Source of the DNA: Somniosus microcephalus
Taxonomy: Eukaryota
Length of the DNA stretch: 37,590 nt
NCBI GenBank assembly: GCA_052327205.1
Contig: JBMRGM010000037.1
Span: 24,800,001-24,837,590, forward strand
Reading direction: 5' to 3'
The position numbers were made by a program, and so were the translations under genes. The notes under the pieces were generated by a model. That model did not search any database and was not told where the DNA came from. It saw only the letters and a list, made by a program, of their open reading frames with translations. Shown here in pieces: positions 1 through 12,800 of the stretch. Positions within the stretch are counted from its first letter, which is position 1, and each line of letters opens with the position of its first letter.

Positions 1-170
1 CCTTGAAGTGTTTGATGGGACAGTGTAGCAGGAACATGACTCAGTTTCTAACCAGTGCTCCATATGATGGGGCAATGTAGATGGAGCTTTACTCTTTATC
101 TAACAATGCTGTACCTGCCTTGGGATGTTTGATGGGGACAACGTAGAGCAAACCTCACTCTGTATCTGTA
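1..170 (+). repeat. Degenerate ~55-65 bp tandem repeat, about 3 copies
   Basis: TGATGGG(G)ACA..GTAG...ACTC..T.TCT recurs near 13, 65 and 130. It resembles the GTTTGATGGGACAGTGTAGAGGGAGCTTTACTCTGTATCTAAC repeat I recall from shark genomes (not searched). Confidence 0.55.
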
Positions 171-175
171 ATGAG

Positions 176-374
176 GTAACTAGGGATAATCGTATATTGG
201 AACTAATGTTTAGTAGTGAGCCTGACCTCGTATCGGGCCTCCATGTGGGGAACCTCTGATCAACAGTGACCACAACATTCTATGGTTCCAATTGGAACGT
301 GTTACTAAAGGCACTGAGAATCTGCAACTCGTTCCAGATTTCGGAAGAGGAAACCTCACCAAAATGGCAGATGA
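176..374 (+). mobile_element. CR1-type LINE ORF2 fragment, end of APE endonuclease domain (decayed)
   Basis: Hand translation with one frameshift gives VTRDNRILELMFSSEPDLVSGLHVG/PLINSDHNILWF...DFGRGNLTKM. This matches the CR1 'TR..ILDL....LGxSDH...DF.K.N' pattern. Confidence 0.7.
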
Positions 375-1145
375 TTTTTTTGTTTTATTCATTGATGGGA
401 TGTGGGCGTCGCTAGCTAGGCCTGCATTGAGTGCCCATCCCTAATTGCCCTTGAGAAGATGGTGGTGAGCCACCTTCTTGAACCGCTGCAGTCCATATGG
501 TGTCGGTACACCCACAATGCTGTTAGGAAGAGTGTTCCAGGATTTTGGCCCAGCGACAGTGAAGGAACGGCGATACAGGTGCAAGTCAGGATGGTGTGTG
601 GCTTGGAGGGGAACTTGTAGGTGGTGATGTTCCCATGCGTCTGCTGCCCTTGTCCTTCCATGTGGTAGAGGTCGGGGGTTTGGAAGGTGCTGTTGAAGGA
701 GCTTTGGCGAGTTGCTGCAGTGCATCTTGTAGATGGTACTCACTGCAGCCACAGTGCGCCAGTGGTGGAGGGAGTGAATGTTGAAGGTGGTGGCTGGAGT
801 GCCAATCAAGCGGGCTGCTTTATCCTGAATGGTTTCGAGCTTCTTGAGTGTTGTTGGAGCTGCACTCATCCAGACAAGTGGAGAGTATTCCATCACACTC
901 CTGACTTGTGCCTTGTAGATGGTGGAAAGGCTTTGGGGAGACAGGAGGTGAGACACTCACCGCAGAATTCCCTGCCTCTGGCCTGCTCTTGTAGCCACAG
1001 CATTTATGCGGCAGGTCCAGCTCAGTTTCTGATCAATGGTAACCCCCAGGATGTGGATAGTGGGGGATTCAGCGATGGTAATGCCATTGAATGTCAAGGG
1101 GAGATGGTTAGAGTCTCGTTGTTGGAGATGCTCATTGCCTAACAT
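375..1145 (-). mobile_element. 5'-truncated CR1-group LINE 3' end (RT C-terminus, 3' UTR, A-tail) inserted antisense into the older CR1
   Basis: ORFs 957-1145 (ILGVTIDQKLSW) and 441-956 (YKAQVRSVMEYSPLVW...IQDKAARLIG...SWNTLP) are RT thumb/C-terminal motifs. The minus strand ends GAATAAAACAAAAAAAA at about 375-391. Confidence 0.85.
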
Positions 1146-1760
1146 TTGGAATGGGCAAATTGGCTAATGAGACCGATATACAATATAAATGGAAAGTTTT
1201 GAAGAACAAGGTAAAAAATATGGAAAACAAATATGTACCCTATTCAAAAGAAGGAAATATGGTAAGAAATATCCAAGGTGACTGACTGATAATGGAAAAA
1301 AGGATTGTTGACAAATGTGGAAATAACGTGAAAAGCTTTTTCAGTTGTGAAGAATTGGAGAATTACTAAAGTGTTCATACTTGAAGATGATGCTCGACTA
1401 TTAGGATTTCATAATGATACTAACAAAACCAGTATCAATATAAATGAACAGATTGTTTTAGAAAGAATTAAGAACTTGAAAATAGATGGAGCAGCCGGGC
1501 CAGATGATTACCACTCGAGAGTCCTCAGGGAGATCAGGCATGTGCTGTGCCAGCCCCTAGCCTGTATTTTTAATAACTCACTGCACTCTGGAATGGTTCC
1601 TGTAGTCTGGAGGGAGGCTAATGTAGTCTACTTCTTTAAAAAAGGTGACAAGACAGACCCGGATATCTATAGGCCCATTAGTTTAACATCAGTAATAGGT
1701 AAGATGCTTAAAGGAATCACTCCGGATGCAATATATGAACACTTCGATTGTGAGGGACAT
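1146..1760 (+). mobile_element. Continuation of the CR1-type LINE ORF2 (linker and RT N-terminus), decayed
   Basis: KWKVLKNKVKNMENKYVP near 1190-1240. The first part of ORF 1347-2021 reads LKIDGAAGPDDYHSRVLRE...PLACIFNNSL..G.VP..WREANV..FKKGDKTDP..YRPISLTSVIGK, then homology stops near 1760. Confidence 0.85.
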
Positions 1761-1763
1761 AAT

Positions 1764-2184
1764 GGCCCAGAATTCAGGTCGGGGGCTTTCGCGGGTGTAA
1801 GCCCTCGAGCTGCACTTACCTTGCGCTGGCAGTTGAGCTTTAGGGCTCCCGTGGAATTCCGATCCGGGGCCTGGCCCAGCTGCCTGCGCGCTGTGCTTGC
1901 ATGTCCCAGAGGCATAGTTAGTGCGATGCGTCCCCTGGGATCACGTGAGCCATGGGCAGCCAAACGGAGGAGGGAAAACCCCATTCATAAGATTGACAGA
2001 AAGACCTGTCAAAACTTATAAATACTACGGGCCCCAAAATAGCAGTAAACCTTCAAATAATTTTTTTTTTTAATTCACACTTTTTAAATAAAATATAAAT
2101 TACATTAAATAAATATTGTAAACAATAATTAAAATTTTTGAAAAAAATAATGTTATATTCTAACGGGGCTAAAAATAAACTTAC
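1764..2184. mobile_element. Probable end fragment of a non-autonomous (MITE-like) element; other end absent
   Basis: CR1 homology ends abruptly at GGCCCAGAATTC. A GC-rich ~220 bp segment with a subterminal repeat (GAATTCAGGTCGGGG ~1770, GAATTCCGATCCGGGG ~1854) is followed by AT-rich sequence. No partner TIR is visible, so the class is a guess. Confidence 0.3.
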
Positions 2185-2382
2185 TGTAGTGTCTCAAGGG
2201 GTTTTATATCCTTATCTATATAACAATTAAGAAGGAATCTGGTGTGGAGGGTTTAGTTAACGGCCATTTTATTTACAATATGCTTCTTCACTCAATGCAT
2301 GACATTTCCCATAGTGCATTGCATATCACCACTATGGTCTCCCATATGGGACAATTCTTATACACATTGAAAATGCACAACA
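2185..2382 (-). repeat. 3' LTR of Gypsy element 1 (198 bp)
   Basis: TGTAGTG...CACAACA termini, adjacent to the PPT, homologous to 6698-6878. Confidence 0.88.
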
Positions 2383-2384
2383 TA

Positions 2385-2397
2385 TTTCCTCCCCCTT
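2385..2397 (-). other. Polypurine tract of Gypsy element 1
   Basis: Minus strand AAGGGGGAGGAAA, 2 nt before the LTR TGTTG. Confidence 0.85.
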
Positions 2398-2516
2398 AAA
2401 AAAGAATGTCCACAAAACAGAATAACTGAAAATGACGATAATTTGGAAGAGAGGGTAGACTGCTCTACCTTCCGCTAACCCTGGGGATTATTCTGCCCCA
2501 TGCACACAGGTTAGCA

Positions 2517-5500
2517 CTAACTGTAACTAAGGTGCTCTGGAGGCTGCCTTTCTCTTTGCGGGTAATGCCTATTCTCAGGATCAGGCTCTGGCCGGCTCTC
2601 CCATGACCCTGCAGGCGTGGCTTCCTCCCTCGATGGCTCAAGAGTGGATGGTGTCACCGTCTCAGGTTCAGACAACCAGTCCCTGCTGGGGCCCCCAGCA
2701 GGTCCTTGATCCTCTGTTTCTTGGGAAACCTGTGGCGACTGTCTTGGCAGTAACTAGTCTACATGCCAGCTCCATGTTCGGTCGTCTCCAGTGCGGACTC
2801 GGTATGAAACGGGGCCCGTCTTTTGAATGACTGTAGCGGGGACCCACCACTCCGGGGTGGTGTATTACGCGCGAGGACTTTGCCCCTCACCACAAAGTGC
2901 CGTTCTTTGGACCTCTGAGCTCGTCTGCTGACTTGATCCTGCTGATTGGCGTGCACCACTGCTTCTGTGGACGTTGCCCTCAGCAGGTCAAGGCGTGTCC
3001 GTAGCTGCCTTCCCATGAGTAGGTAAGCAGGAGCTGCTCCCGTCGTAGCATGAGGCATGTTTCGGTATTTCAGCAAGAACGCATTTAGGCGCTGCTTTAG
3101 AGGAGCATCACTTCTTGCAGCTTTCAACACGCGTTTCAGCGTTCTGACAAATCTCTCCGCCAATCCATTCGTGGATGGATGATAAGGCGCGGAGAATGTG
3201 TGCTGGATTCCATTGCTCTTGAGCAACTCCTCCATCTCCTGGGATGTGAACTGTGTTCCATTGTCGGACCAAATCACCCGAACATCTCTCTCAGAGCCTC
3301 GATGGTTTTCTCCGTCGTGGTAGTGGACATTACTGCAACCTCCGGACATTTGGAATAGGAGTCCACCACGACCAGGAACATCGCTCCTTCCACTGGTCCC
3401 GCGAAGTCCAGATGGATCCATTGCCACGGTGTCGCTGGCCATTCCCATGGATTCAGTGGCGCTGCTCTTGGCATATCCCTGGTTGTCTTGCATGATGGGC
3501 ATGATTTCGCTTCAACTTCAATTTTATGATCCAGACCGGGCCACCAGAAGTAGCTTCGTGCCAGCTCCTTCTTCCGGACAATGCCACAATGTCCCGAGTG
3601 CAGCTCGTTGGGGACATGTTTCCGCAGCTTTGGTGGTATGATCACTCGCATGCCCCAAAGGAGGCATTCTGACGTGACAGACAACTACTTCCCTCTTGAC
3701 AGGAAAGGTAGGAGCTCAGTTGGTGCGTCTGACACCCGTGATCCATCTCCTCGCATCACCCGATCCAGCACCTTGGATAGCATAGGGTCCACTCTGGTCT
3801 CTTTCTTGACCTGCCGGGCCATGACAGGGGCATTGCTCACCAGGTCAAAGTAGAAAATCTTCTGAGCACAGCCTTCAGAGGGCACAGGCAGTGGAAGTCT
3901 TGACAATCCGTCTGCATTGCCATGTGCTGCTGACCTCCGGTATTTGATGTTGTCATTGTGAGCACTTAACATCAGCGCCCAGTGCTGCATCCTGCACGCT
4001 GCCAGGGAGGGTATTCCTGTGTGTGGACAAAAGATTGATGTCAGAGGACGATGATCCGACAGCAAGGTGAATTTCCTTCCGAACAAGTTGTGATGGAACT
4101 TTTTGATTCCAAAGATGATGCCCAAAGCCTCTTTTTCGATCTGCGAGCATTTCACCTCCGCCTTGCTCAGGGACCTTGATGCGAATGCAATCGGCTTCTC
4201 TTCACCTGAAGGAAAGATGTGGGACATGACCGTGCCGACGCCATAAGGCGATGCGTCACAGGCCAGCTGAATTTGCAACAACGGGACAATGTGCGCCAAC
4301 ACTCTGGGGTCAGTCAAAGCTGCTTTGGCTTTCTTGAATGCAGCTTTGCACTCCTTCATCCACGCCCAGGCCTTGCACTGACACAGCAACTCATGTAATG
4401 GCTTCAACAGTGATGCCAACTGTGGATTAAACTTTCTGTAACAGTTCAGGAGACCTAAGAATGACCGCAGCTGGCCGACATTTGTAGGTGCAGGAGCGTC
4501 GGCAATGGCTTTCACTTTCGATGGTGCTGTGTGTAGGCCGTCTGCGCGGATGACATTGCCTAGATACTCCACTGATGGCTTGAAAAATTCGCATTTGTCC
4601 TTGCGAACGTGTAAGCCATATTCTTCAAGTCTTCACAGTGTCTTTGCCAGGTTCCGCAAATGCTCGTTGTCGTCCTTTCCTGTGACAAGGATATCGTCGA
4701 AATAACATTGTACCCCTGGAATGCCGCTTAAAATCTGGCCCATAGCCCGCAGAAACAAAGCTGGTGCTGACGTTATGCCTAAGGGTAGGCGGCAGTGCCT
4801 GTAGAGGCCCTTGTGGGTGGTGATGGTGAGGTACTTCTGTGAGTCCTCTTCTACATGCATCTGCAAGTACGCTTGGCATATATCAATCTTGCTAAACTTC
4901 TAACCACCTGCTAGACCCACGAAAAGATCTTCAATGATGTGGAGGGGGTAATGTTCAGCTGAGAACACAGGGTTCACTGTTACTTTGAAATCTCCACATC
5001 AGCGAACCGCGCCGTCACTCTTCATCACTGGTACCACGGGCGTGGCCCACTCACTGTGCGAAACCGGCACTAGGACCCCTAACTTGACCAGACGCTCCAG
5101 GTCAGCCTCCACCTTTGGTCTGAGGGCGTAGGGGAACGTTCCTGGCCTTCAGGAATCGTGGCTGGCTGTCAGGCTTCACCTTGAGTTTGACTGTAATCCC
5201 ATTCATACTCCGCAATTCTCCGTCAAAGACAGCCGTATGCTTTGTCAACACTGCCGCTAGCCCCACCTCTTCGACTGACACCGCATTCACTTTTACCCAA
5301 TTCGGTTGGATTTTCTCCAACCATTGCCTGCCCATCAGGGATGGATAGTCACCCTTGACCGCGTAACAAGGCAGCATCACGGTTTGTCCATTAAGCTCCA
5401 CCTTGGCCTCCGTCTTACCCAGCATTGGGACTGTTTCCCCAGTGTAGGTCTTTAAGATGAGCTTAGCCGGCGTCAGTGATAGGTGGTTCAGTTTTTCTTT

Positions 5501-6455
5501 GAATAGCTTCCCTGAGATCAAGGAGACAGCGGCCCCCATATCCAGCTCCATTTTGACCGGTATTCCCTCTAGTTGTGGAGTGACTCCATAGCCTGATGAG
5601 CCTCCATTCACTGTTAACACATGGAGATTCAACTCCCCATCAGAGTCTGTGTCACTGTCTTCCTGTTCTTGTTTCACCATGCGTAGGTTTTTCTTTTTGG
5701 ATCGCCTGTTGGATTTGTTTCCTTTTTTGTTTTTGTGTGTCTCTGTGTAGGATTGTTTGCTTTGCCCTTTACACACACGTTCAATGTGACCTTGCTTTTC
5801 GCATTGCCAACAGTTCAGGTCTTTACACCAGCAGTCAGACTGCTGATGACCTGCCCCCCCACATCTGTAACACTCTCTGGCGCCCCTTATATGCTTATCC
5901 GGTGTAGCTTCTACCCTGTGCACTCTCGTAGCATCCCCAACAGCTGTGCATCTTTAGTTGCTCACTCCATAGACACAGAGAGCGCCTCTGCTGATTTAAG
6001 CATCAGTTTGTCAGTCGTGAGCAAGCGCTTCTCTGTTGCTTCACATCTTAATCCACACACACACCTACATGGACAATGTCATTTAGAGTTTCACCAAACT
6101 CACAATGCTCAGTTAGCTTCTTTAGCACTGCAAAATATTCGGCTGTGGACTCACCCTCCCCTTGGTTTCGTTGGGGAAACCTGAACCTCTCGGCAATCAG
6201 CAGCGGCTTGGGTGCGAAATGTGTTTCCAAAACTTCCACAATCTGATCATATGTCTTAGTACCGGGCTTATCCGGGTGCATCAAACTCCGTAACAAGCCA
6301 AATGTTTTTGCTCCGATCACACTTAGGAACGTCGCTACATTCACGTCATCTTTAATGCCATTTGCAGTCACGAAAAATCGGAAACGCTCTGTATAAGCCC
6401 TCCATTGCTCTGCCGTTTCATCGAATGGTCCAAATGCTCTGGTTAACATAGCCAT
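2517..6455 (-). pseudogene. gag-pol polyprotein pseudogene with multiple frameshifts and stops
   Basis: Gag begins MAMLTRAFGPFD...W..Y.ERF (ATG 6455). Zinc knuckles CYRCGGAGHQQSDC and CWQCEKQGHIERVC; protease LDMGA (DTG mutated); RT YFDD at 4693-4704; RNase H CDASPYGVG; integrase H..H...C..C, HLDFAGP, SDNGTQF, NGLAERFV. C-terminus RHYPQRERQPP, stop 2517-2519. Confidence 0.92.
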
Positions 6456-6679
6456 TTTTTTTTTTAGTACTTTTTCCTCCACTTCGTTTGTTTTTCACAG
6501 CCCTTTTCCTCCCCTTCGTTTCATTGTATCATTACTCTCCCCCTTCTGATTTGTGTAACACCCGAACCTCCACCTTTACGAGGCGATTGCATCAGCCCTA
6601 AGCTGCCATTAAGAAAAGGCAGGAACTTCTTACTTTAAACATCGCCGATTCCAGTGCAAAATTATGCACAAGCCCGTCG

Positions 6680-6691
6680 TCCTCATCGCCA
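6680..6691 (-). other. Primer-binding site, tRNA-Ser(GCT)-like
   Basis: Minus strand TGGCGATGAGGA, 6 nt inside the 5' LTR. One mismatch to the complement of the vertebrate tRNA-Ser(GCT) 3' end ...TCCTCGTCGCCA. Confidence 0.75.
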
Positions 6692-6697
6692 GTTCTT

Positions 6698-6878
6698 TGT
6701 TGTGTCTCAAGGGGTTTTATATTGTATCTCAAGAGGGTTCATGCCCTTATCTATATAACGATTAAGAAGAACTTCAGGGTGGTGTATTTAGTTAATGGCC
6801 ATGTTTTGTACAGTCATGTAAATCACAACTACGGTATCCCCTGTGGACAATTCTAATACACAATCAAAATACACAACA
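6698..6878 (-). repeat. 5' LTR of Gypsy element 1 (181 bp, apparently chimeric)
   Basis: TGTTGTG...CACAACA termini; internal ~22-bp duplication at 6698-6743; diverged from the 3' LTR by substitutions and a ~40-bp indel. Confidence 0.85.
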
Positions 6879-9800
6879 GGTCTGATCACAGACTGGGTGT
6901 TTGACTGGTCCCGGGCGTGTGTCTGATCAGAGACTGGGTGTACGACTGCTCCTGGGGGTGTGTCTGATCACAGACTGGGTGTTTGACTGGTCCCGGGTGT
7001 GTGTCTGATCAGAGACTGGGTGTTTGACTGGTCCTGGGGGGTGCGTCTGATCACATACTGGGTGTTTGACTGGTCCTGGGGGTGGGTCTGATCACAGACT
7101 GGGTGTCTGATGTTCCTGGGGGTGGGTCAGATCACACACTGGGGCTTTGACATGTCCCGGGGGTGTGTCTGATCACAGACTGTGTGTTTGACTGGTCCCG
7201 GGGCTGTGTCTGATCACAGACTGGATGTTTCACTGCTCCCGGGATTGTGGCTGATCACAGGCTGGTTGTTTGTCCGGTCCTGGGGGTGTGTCTGAGCACA
7301 GACTGGTTATTTGACTGGTCCCGGGGGAGTGTCTGATCACAGACTGGGTGCTTGACTGGTCCCGGGAGTCAGTCTGATCACAGACTGGGTGTTTCACTGC
7401 TCTCGGGGTTGTGGCTGATCACAGGCTGGTTGCTTGTCTGGTCCCGGGGGTGTGTCTGATCAGAGACTGGGTATTTGACTGGTCCCGGGGGAGTGTCTGA
7501 TCACAGACTGGGTGTTTGGCTGGTCCCGGGGAGGGTCTGATCACAGACTGGTTGCTTGACTGGTCCCGGCAGTGGGTCTGATCAAAGACTGGGTGTTTGA
7601 CTGGTCCCGGGGCTGGGTCTGATCACAGACTGGATGTTTGACTCGTCCCGGGGGTGGTTCTGATCACAGACTGGTTGCTTGACTGGTGCCGGGGTTGGGT
7701 CTGATCACAGACTGGATGTTTGACTGGTCCCAGAGGTGGTTCTGATCACAGACTGGTTGCTTGACTGGTCTCGGGGGTGGGTCTGATCACAGACTGGGTG
7801 TTTGACTGGTCCCGAGGATGTGTCTGATCACAGACTGGATGGTTGACTGGTCCCGGGGTTGCGTCTGATCAGAGACTGGGTGTTTGACTGGTCCCAGGTG
7901 TGGGTCTGATCAGAGACTGGGTTTTCAACAGGTCCCGGGGGTGTGTCTCATCACAGACTCGGTGTATGACTGTTCACGGGCGTGAGTCTGATCACAGACT
8001 GGGTGTCTGACTGGTCCTGGGGGGATGTCTGATCTCAGACTGGGAGTTTGACTGGTCCCAGGGGTGGCTCTGATCACAGAATGGTTGTTTGACTGGTCCC
8101 GGGGGTGGGTCTGATCACAAACTGGTTGTTTGACTAGCCCGGGATCATGTCTGATCACAGATTGGGTGATTGTCTGGTCCCGAGGGTGGGTCTGATCACA
8201 GATTGGGTGTTTGATATTCCCGGGTGTGAGTCTGATCACAGACTGGGTGTTTGACTGGTCCTGGGGGAGTGTCTGATCACAGACTCACTGTTCGACTGTT
8301 CCCGTGTGTGTGTCCGATCACAGACTGTGTGATTGACTGATCCCCGGGGGGTCAGTCTGGTCTCAGACTGGGTGTTTGACTGGACCCGGGGATGTGTCCA
8401 ACAACAGACTGTGAGTTTGGCTGGTCCCAGGGGTCGGTCTGATCACAGACTGGGAGTTTGACTGGTCCTGAGTGTGTGCCTGATCACAGACCGGGTGTTA
8501 GACTGGTCCTGGGGGTCGGTCTGATCACAGACTTTTTGCTTGACTGGTGCTGTGGGTGGGGGGGGAGATCTGATCACAGTGTGTGTGTTTGACTGGTCCC
8601 GGGGGTGTGTCTGATCACAGACTGGGTGTCTGGCTGGTCCCGGGGTGGGTCTGATCACAGACTGGGTGTTTGACTGGTCCCGGGGGTGGGTCTGAACAAA
8701 GACTGGGTGTTTGACTGATCCCTGGGGTGGATCTGATCAAAGACTGGGTGTTTGACTGGTCCCAGGGGTGGGTCTGATCACAGACTGGGTGTTTGACTGT
8801 TCCCGGTGTTGGGTCTGATCACAGACTGGGTGTTTGACTGGTCCCGGGGGTGGGTTTGATCACAGACAGGGTGTTTGACTGGTCCCGGGGATGAGTCTGA
8901 CCACAGACTGGGTGTTTGACTGGTTCTGGTGGAGGGTCTGATCATAGTCTAGATGTTTGACTGGTCCCGGGGGTGTGTCTGATCGCAGACTGTCTGTTTG
9001 ACTGGTCCTGGTGGAGCTTCTGGTGACAGACTGGGTGTTTGGCTGGTCCCGGGAGTGGGTCTGATCAAAGACTGGGTGTGTGACTGGTCCCGGTGGTGGA
9101 TCTGATCATAGACTGGGTGTTTGACTGGTCGCAGGGGTGGGTCTGATCACAGACTGGTTGTTTGACTGGTCCCGGGTGTGGGTCTGATCGCAGACTGGGT
9201 GTTTGACTGGGCCCAGTTGTGTGTCTGATCACAGACCTGGGTGGTGGACTGGTCCCAGGGGTGGGTCTGATCACAGACTGCGTGTTTGACTGGTCCCGGG
9301 GGTGTGTCTGATCACAGACTGGATGTTTCACTGCTCCCGGGATTGTGGCTGATCACAGGCTGGTTGTTTGTCCGGTCCTGGGGGTGTGTCTGAGCACAGA
9401 CTGGTTATTTGACTGGTCCCGGGGGAGTGTCTGATCACAGGCTGGGTGCTTGACTGGTCCCGGGAGTCAGTCTGATCACAGACTGGGTGTTTCACTGCTC
9501 TCGGGGTTGTGGCTGATCACAGGCTGGTTGCTTGTCTGGTCCCGGGGGTGTGTCTGATCAGAGACTGGGTATTTGACTGGTCCCGGGGGAGTGTCTGATC
9601 ACAGACTGGGTGTTTGGCTGGTCCCGGGGAGGGTCTGATCACAGACTGGTTGCTTGACTGGTCCCGGCAGTGGGTCTGATCAAAGACTGGGTGTTTGACT
9701 GGTCCCGGGGCTGGGTCTGATCACAGACTGGATGTTTGACTCGTCCCGGGGGTGGTTCTGATCACAGACTGGTTGCTTGACTGGTGCCGGGGTTGGGTCT

Positions 9801-12800
9801 GATCACAGACTGGATGTTTGACTGGTCCCAGAGGTGGTTCTGATCACAGACTGGTTGCTTGACTGGTCTCGGGGGTGGGTCTGATCACAGACTGGGTGTT
9901 TGACTGGTCCCGAGGGTGTGTCTGATCACAGACTGGATGGTTGACTGGTCCCGGGGTTGCGTCTGATCAGAGACTGGGTGTTTGACTGGTCCCAGGTGTG
10001 GGTCTGATCAGAGACTGGGTTTTCAACAGGTCCCGGGGGTGTGTCTCATCACAGACTCGGTGTATGACTGTTCACGGGCGTGAGTCTGATCACAGACTGG
10101 GTGTCTGACTGGTCCTGGGGGGATGTCTGATCTCAGACTGGGAGTTTGACTGGTCCCAGGGGTGGCTCTGATCACAGAATGGTTGTTTGACTGGTCCCGG
10201 GGGTGGGTCTGATCACAAACTGGTTGTTTGACTAGCCCGGGATCATGTCTGATCACAGATTGGGTGATTGTCTGGTCCCGAGGGTGGGTCTGATCACAGA
10301 TTGGGTGTTTGATATTCCCGGGTGTGAGTCTGATCACAGACTGGGTGTTTGACTGGTCCTGGGGGAGTGTCTGATCACAGACTCACTGTTCGACTGTTCC
10401 CGTGTGTGTGTCCGATCACAGACTGTGTGATTGACTGATCCCCGGGGGGTCAGTCTGGTCTCAGACTGGGTGTTTGACTGGACCCGGGGATGTGTCCAAC
10501 AACAGACTGTGAGTTTGGCTGGTCCCAGGGGTCGGTCTGATCACAGACTGGGAGTTTGACTGGTCCTGAGTGTGTGCCTGATCACAGACCGGGTGTTAGA
10601 CTGGTCCTGGGGGTCGGTCTGATCACAGACTTTTTGCTTGACTGGTGCTGTGGGTGGGGGGGGAGATCTGATCACAGTGTGTGTGTTTGACTGGTCCCGG
10701 GGGTGTGTCTGATCACAGACTGGGTGTCTGGCTGGTCCCGGGGTGGGTCTGATCACAGACTGGGTGTTTGACTGGTCCCGGGGGTGGGTCTGAACAAAGA
10801 CTGGGTGTTTGACTGATCCCTGGGGTGGATCTGATCAAAGACTGGGTGTTTGACTGGTCCCAGGGGTGGGTCTGATCACAGACTGGGTGTTTGACTGTTC
10901 CCGGTGTTGGGTCTGATCACAGACTGGGTGTTTGACTGGTCCCGGGGGTGGGTTTGATCACAGACAGGGTGTTTGACTGGTCCCGGGGATGAGTCTGACC
11001 ACAGACTGGGTGTTTGACTGGTTCTGGTGGAGGGTCTGATCATAGTCTAGATGTTTGACTGGTCCCGGGGGTGTGTCTGATCGCAGACTGTCTGTTTGAC
11101 TGGTCCTGGTGGAGCTTCTGGTGACAGACTGGGTGTTTGGCTGGTCCCGGGAGTGGGTCTGATCAAAGACTGGGTGTGTGACTGGTCCCGGTGGTGGATC
11201 TGATCATAGACTGGGTGTTTGACTGGTCGCAGGGGTGGGTCTGATCACAGACTGGTTGTTTGACTGGTCCCGGGTGTGGGTCTGATCGCAGACTGGGTGT
11301 TTGACTGGGCCCAGTTGTGTGTCTGATCACAGACCTGGGTGGTGGACTGGTCCCAGGGGTGGGTCTGATCACAGACTGCGTGTTTGACTGGTCCCGGGGG
11401 TGTGTCTGATCAGACACTGGGTGCTTGACTGGTCCCGGGAGTTGGTCTGATCAGAGACTGGGTGTTTGACTGGTCCCTGGAGTGGGTCTGATCACAGACT
11501 GGGTGTTTGATGTTACCGGGTGTGTGTCTGATCACTGACTGTGTGTTTGACTGGTCCCGGGGCTGTGTCTGATCACAGACTGGATGTTTCACTGCTCCCG
11601 GGATTGTGGCTGATCACAGGCTGGTTGTTTGTCCGGTCCTGGGGGTGTGTCTGAGCACAGACTGGTTATTTGACTGGTCCCGGGGTAGTGTCTGATCACA
11701 GACTGGGTGCCTGACTGGTCCCGGGAGTCAGTCTGATCACAGACTGGGTGTTTCACTGCTCTCGGGGTTGTGGCTGATCACAGGCTGGTTGCTTGTCTGG
11801 TCCCGGGGGTGTGTCTGATCAGAGACTGGGTATTTGACTGGTCCCGGGGGAGTGTCTGATCACAGACTGGGTGTTTGGCTGGTCCCGGGGAGGGTCTGAT
11901 CACAGACTGTTTGCTTGATTGGTCCCGGCAGTGGGTCTGATCAAAGACTGGGTGTTTGACTGGTCCCGGGGCTGGGTCTGATCACAGACTGGATGTTTGA
12001 CTCGTCCCGGGGGTGGTTCTGATCACAGACTGGTTGCTTGACTGGTGCCGGGGTTGGGTCTGATCACAGACTGGATGTTTGACTGGTCCCAGAGGTGGTT
12101 CTGATCACAGACTGGTTGCTTGACTGGTCTCGGGGGTGGGTCTGATCACAGACTGGGTGTTTGACTGGTCCCGAGGGTGTGTCTGATCACAGACTGGATG
12201 GTTGACTGGTCCCGGGGTTGCGTCTGATCAGAGACTGGGTGTTTGACTGGTCCCAGGTGTGGGTCTGATCAGAGACTGGGTTTTCAACAGGTCCCGGGGG
12301 TGTGTCTCATCACAGACTCGGTGTATGACTGTTCACGGGCGTGAGTCTGATCACAGACTGGGTGTCTGACTGGTCCTGGGGGGATGTCTGATCTCAGACT
12401 GGGAGTTTGACTGGTCCCAGGGGTGGCTCTGATCACAGAATGGTTGTTTGACTGGTCCCGGGGGTGGGTCTGATCACAAACTGGTTGTTTGACTAGCCCG
12501 GGATCATGTCTGATCACAGACTGGGTGATTGTCTGGTCCCGAGGGTGGGTCTGATCACAGATTGGGTGTTTGATATTCCCGGGTGTGAGTCTGATCACAG
12601 ACTGGGTGTTTGACTGGTCCTGGGGGAGTGTCTGACCACAGACTCACTGTTCGACTGTTCGCGTGTGTGTGTCCGATCACAGACTGTGCGATTGACTGAC
12701 CCCCGGGGGGTCGGTCTGGTCTCAGACTGGGTGTTTGTCTGGACCCGGGGGTGTGTCCAACAACAGACTGTGAGTTTGGCTGGTCCCAGGGGTCGGTCTG

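Larger units (their letters stand above)
2185..6878 (-). mobile_element. Ty3/Gypsy LTR retrotransposon, Mag-like clade, near full length, non-functional
   Basis: Short TG...CA LTRs at both ends, PBS, PPT, and gag-PR-RT-RNaseH-IN order. Double CCHC knuckle and tRNA-Ser PBS are typical of Mag-type elements. Confidence 0.93.

Noticed and set aside
1347-2021. 224-aa ORF as an intact gene
   Set aside because: It is a chimera: a CR1 RT fragment to ~1760 reading through into an unrelated inserted sequence.
6899-6915. CENP-B box in the monomer (TTTG...CGGG)
   Set aside because: Spacing is one base too long, and the TTCG and central A of TTCGnnnnAnnCGGG are missing from the consensus.
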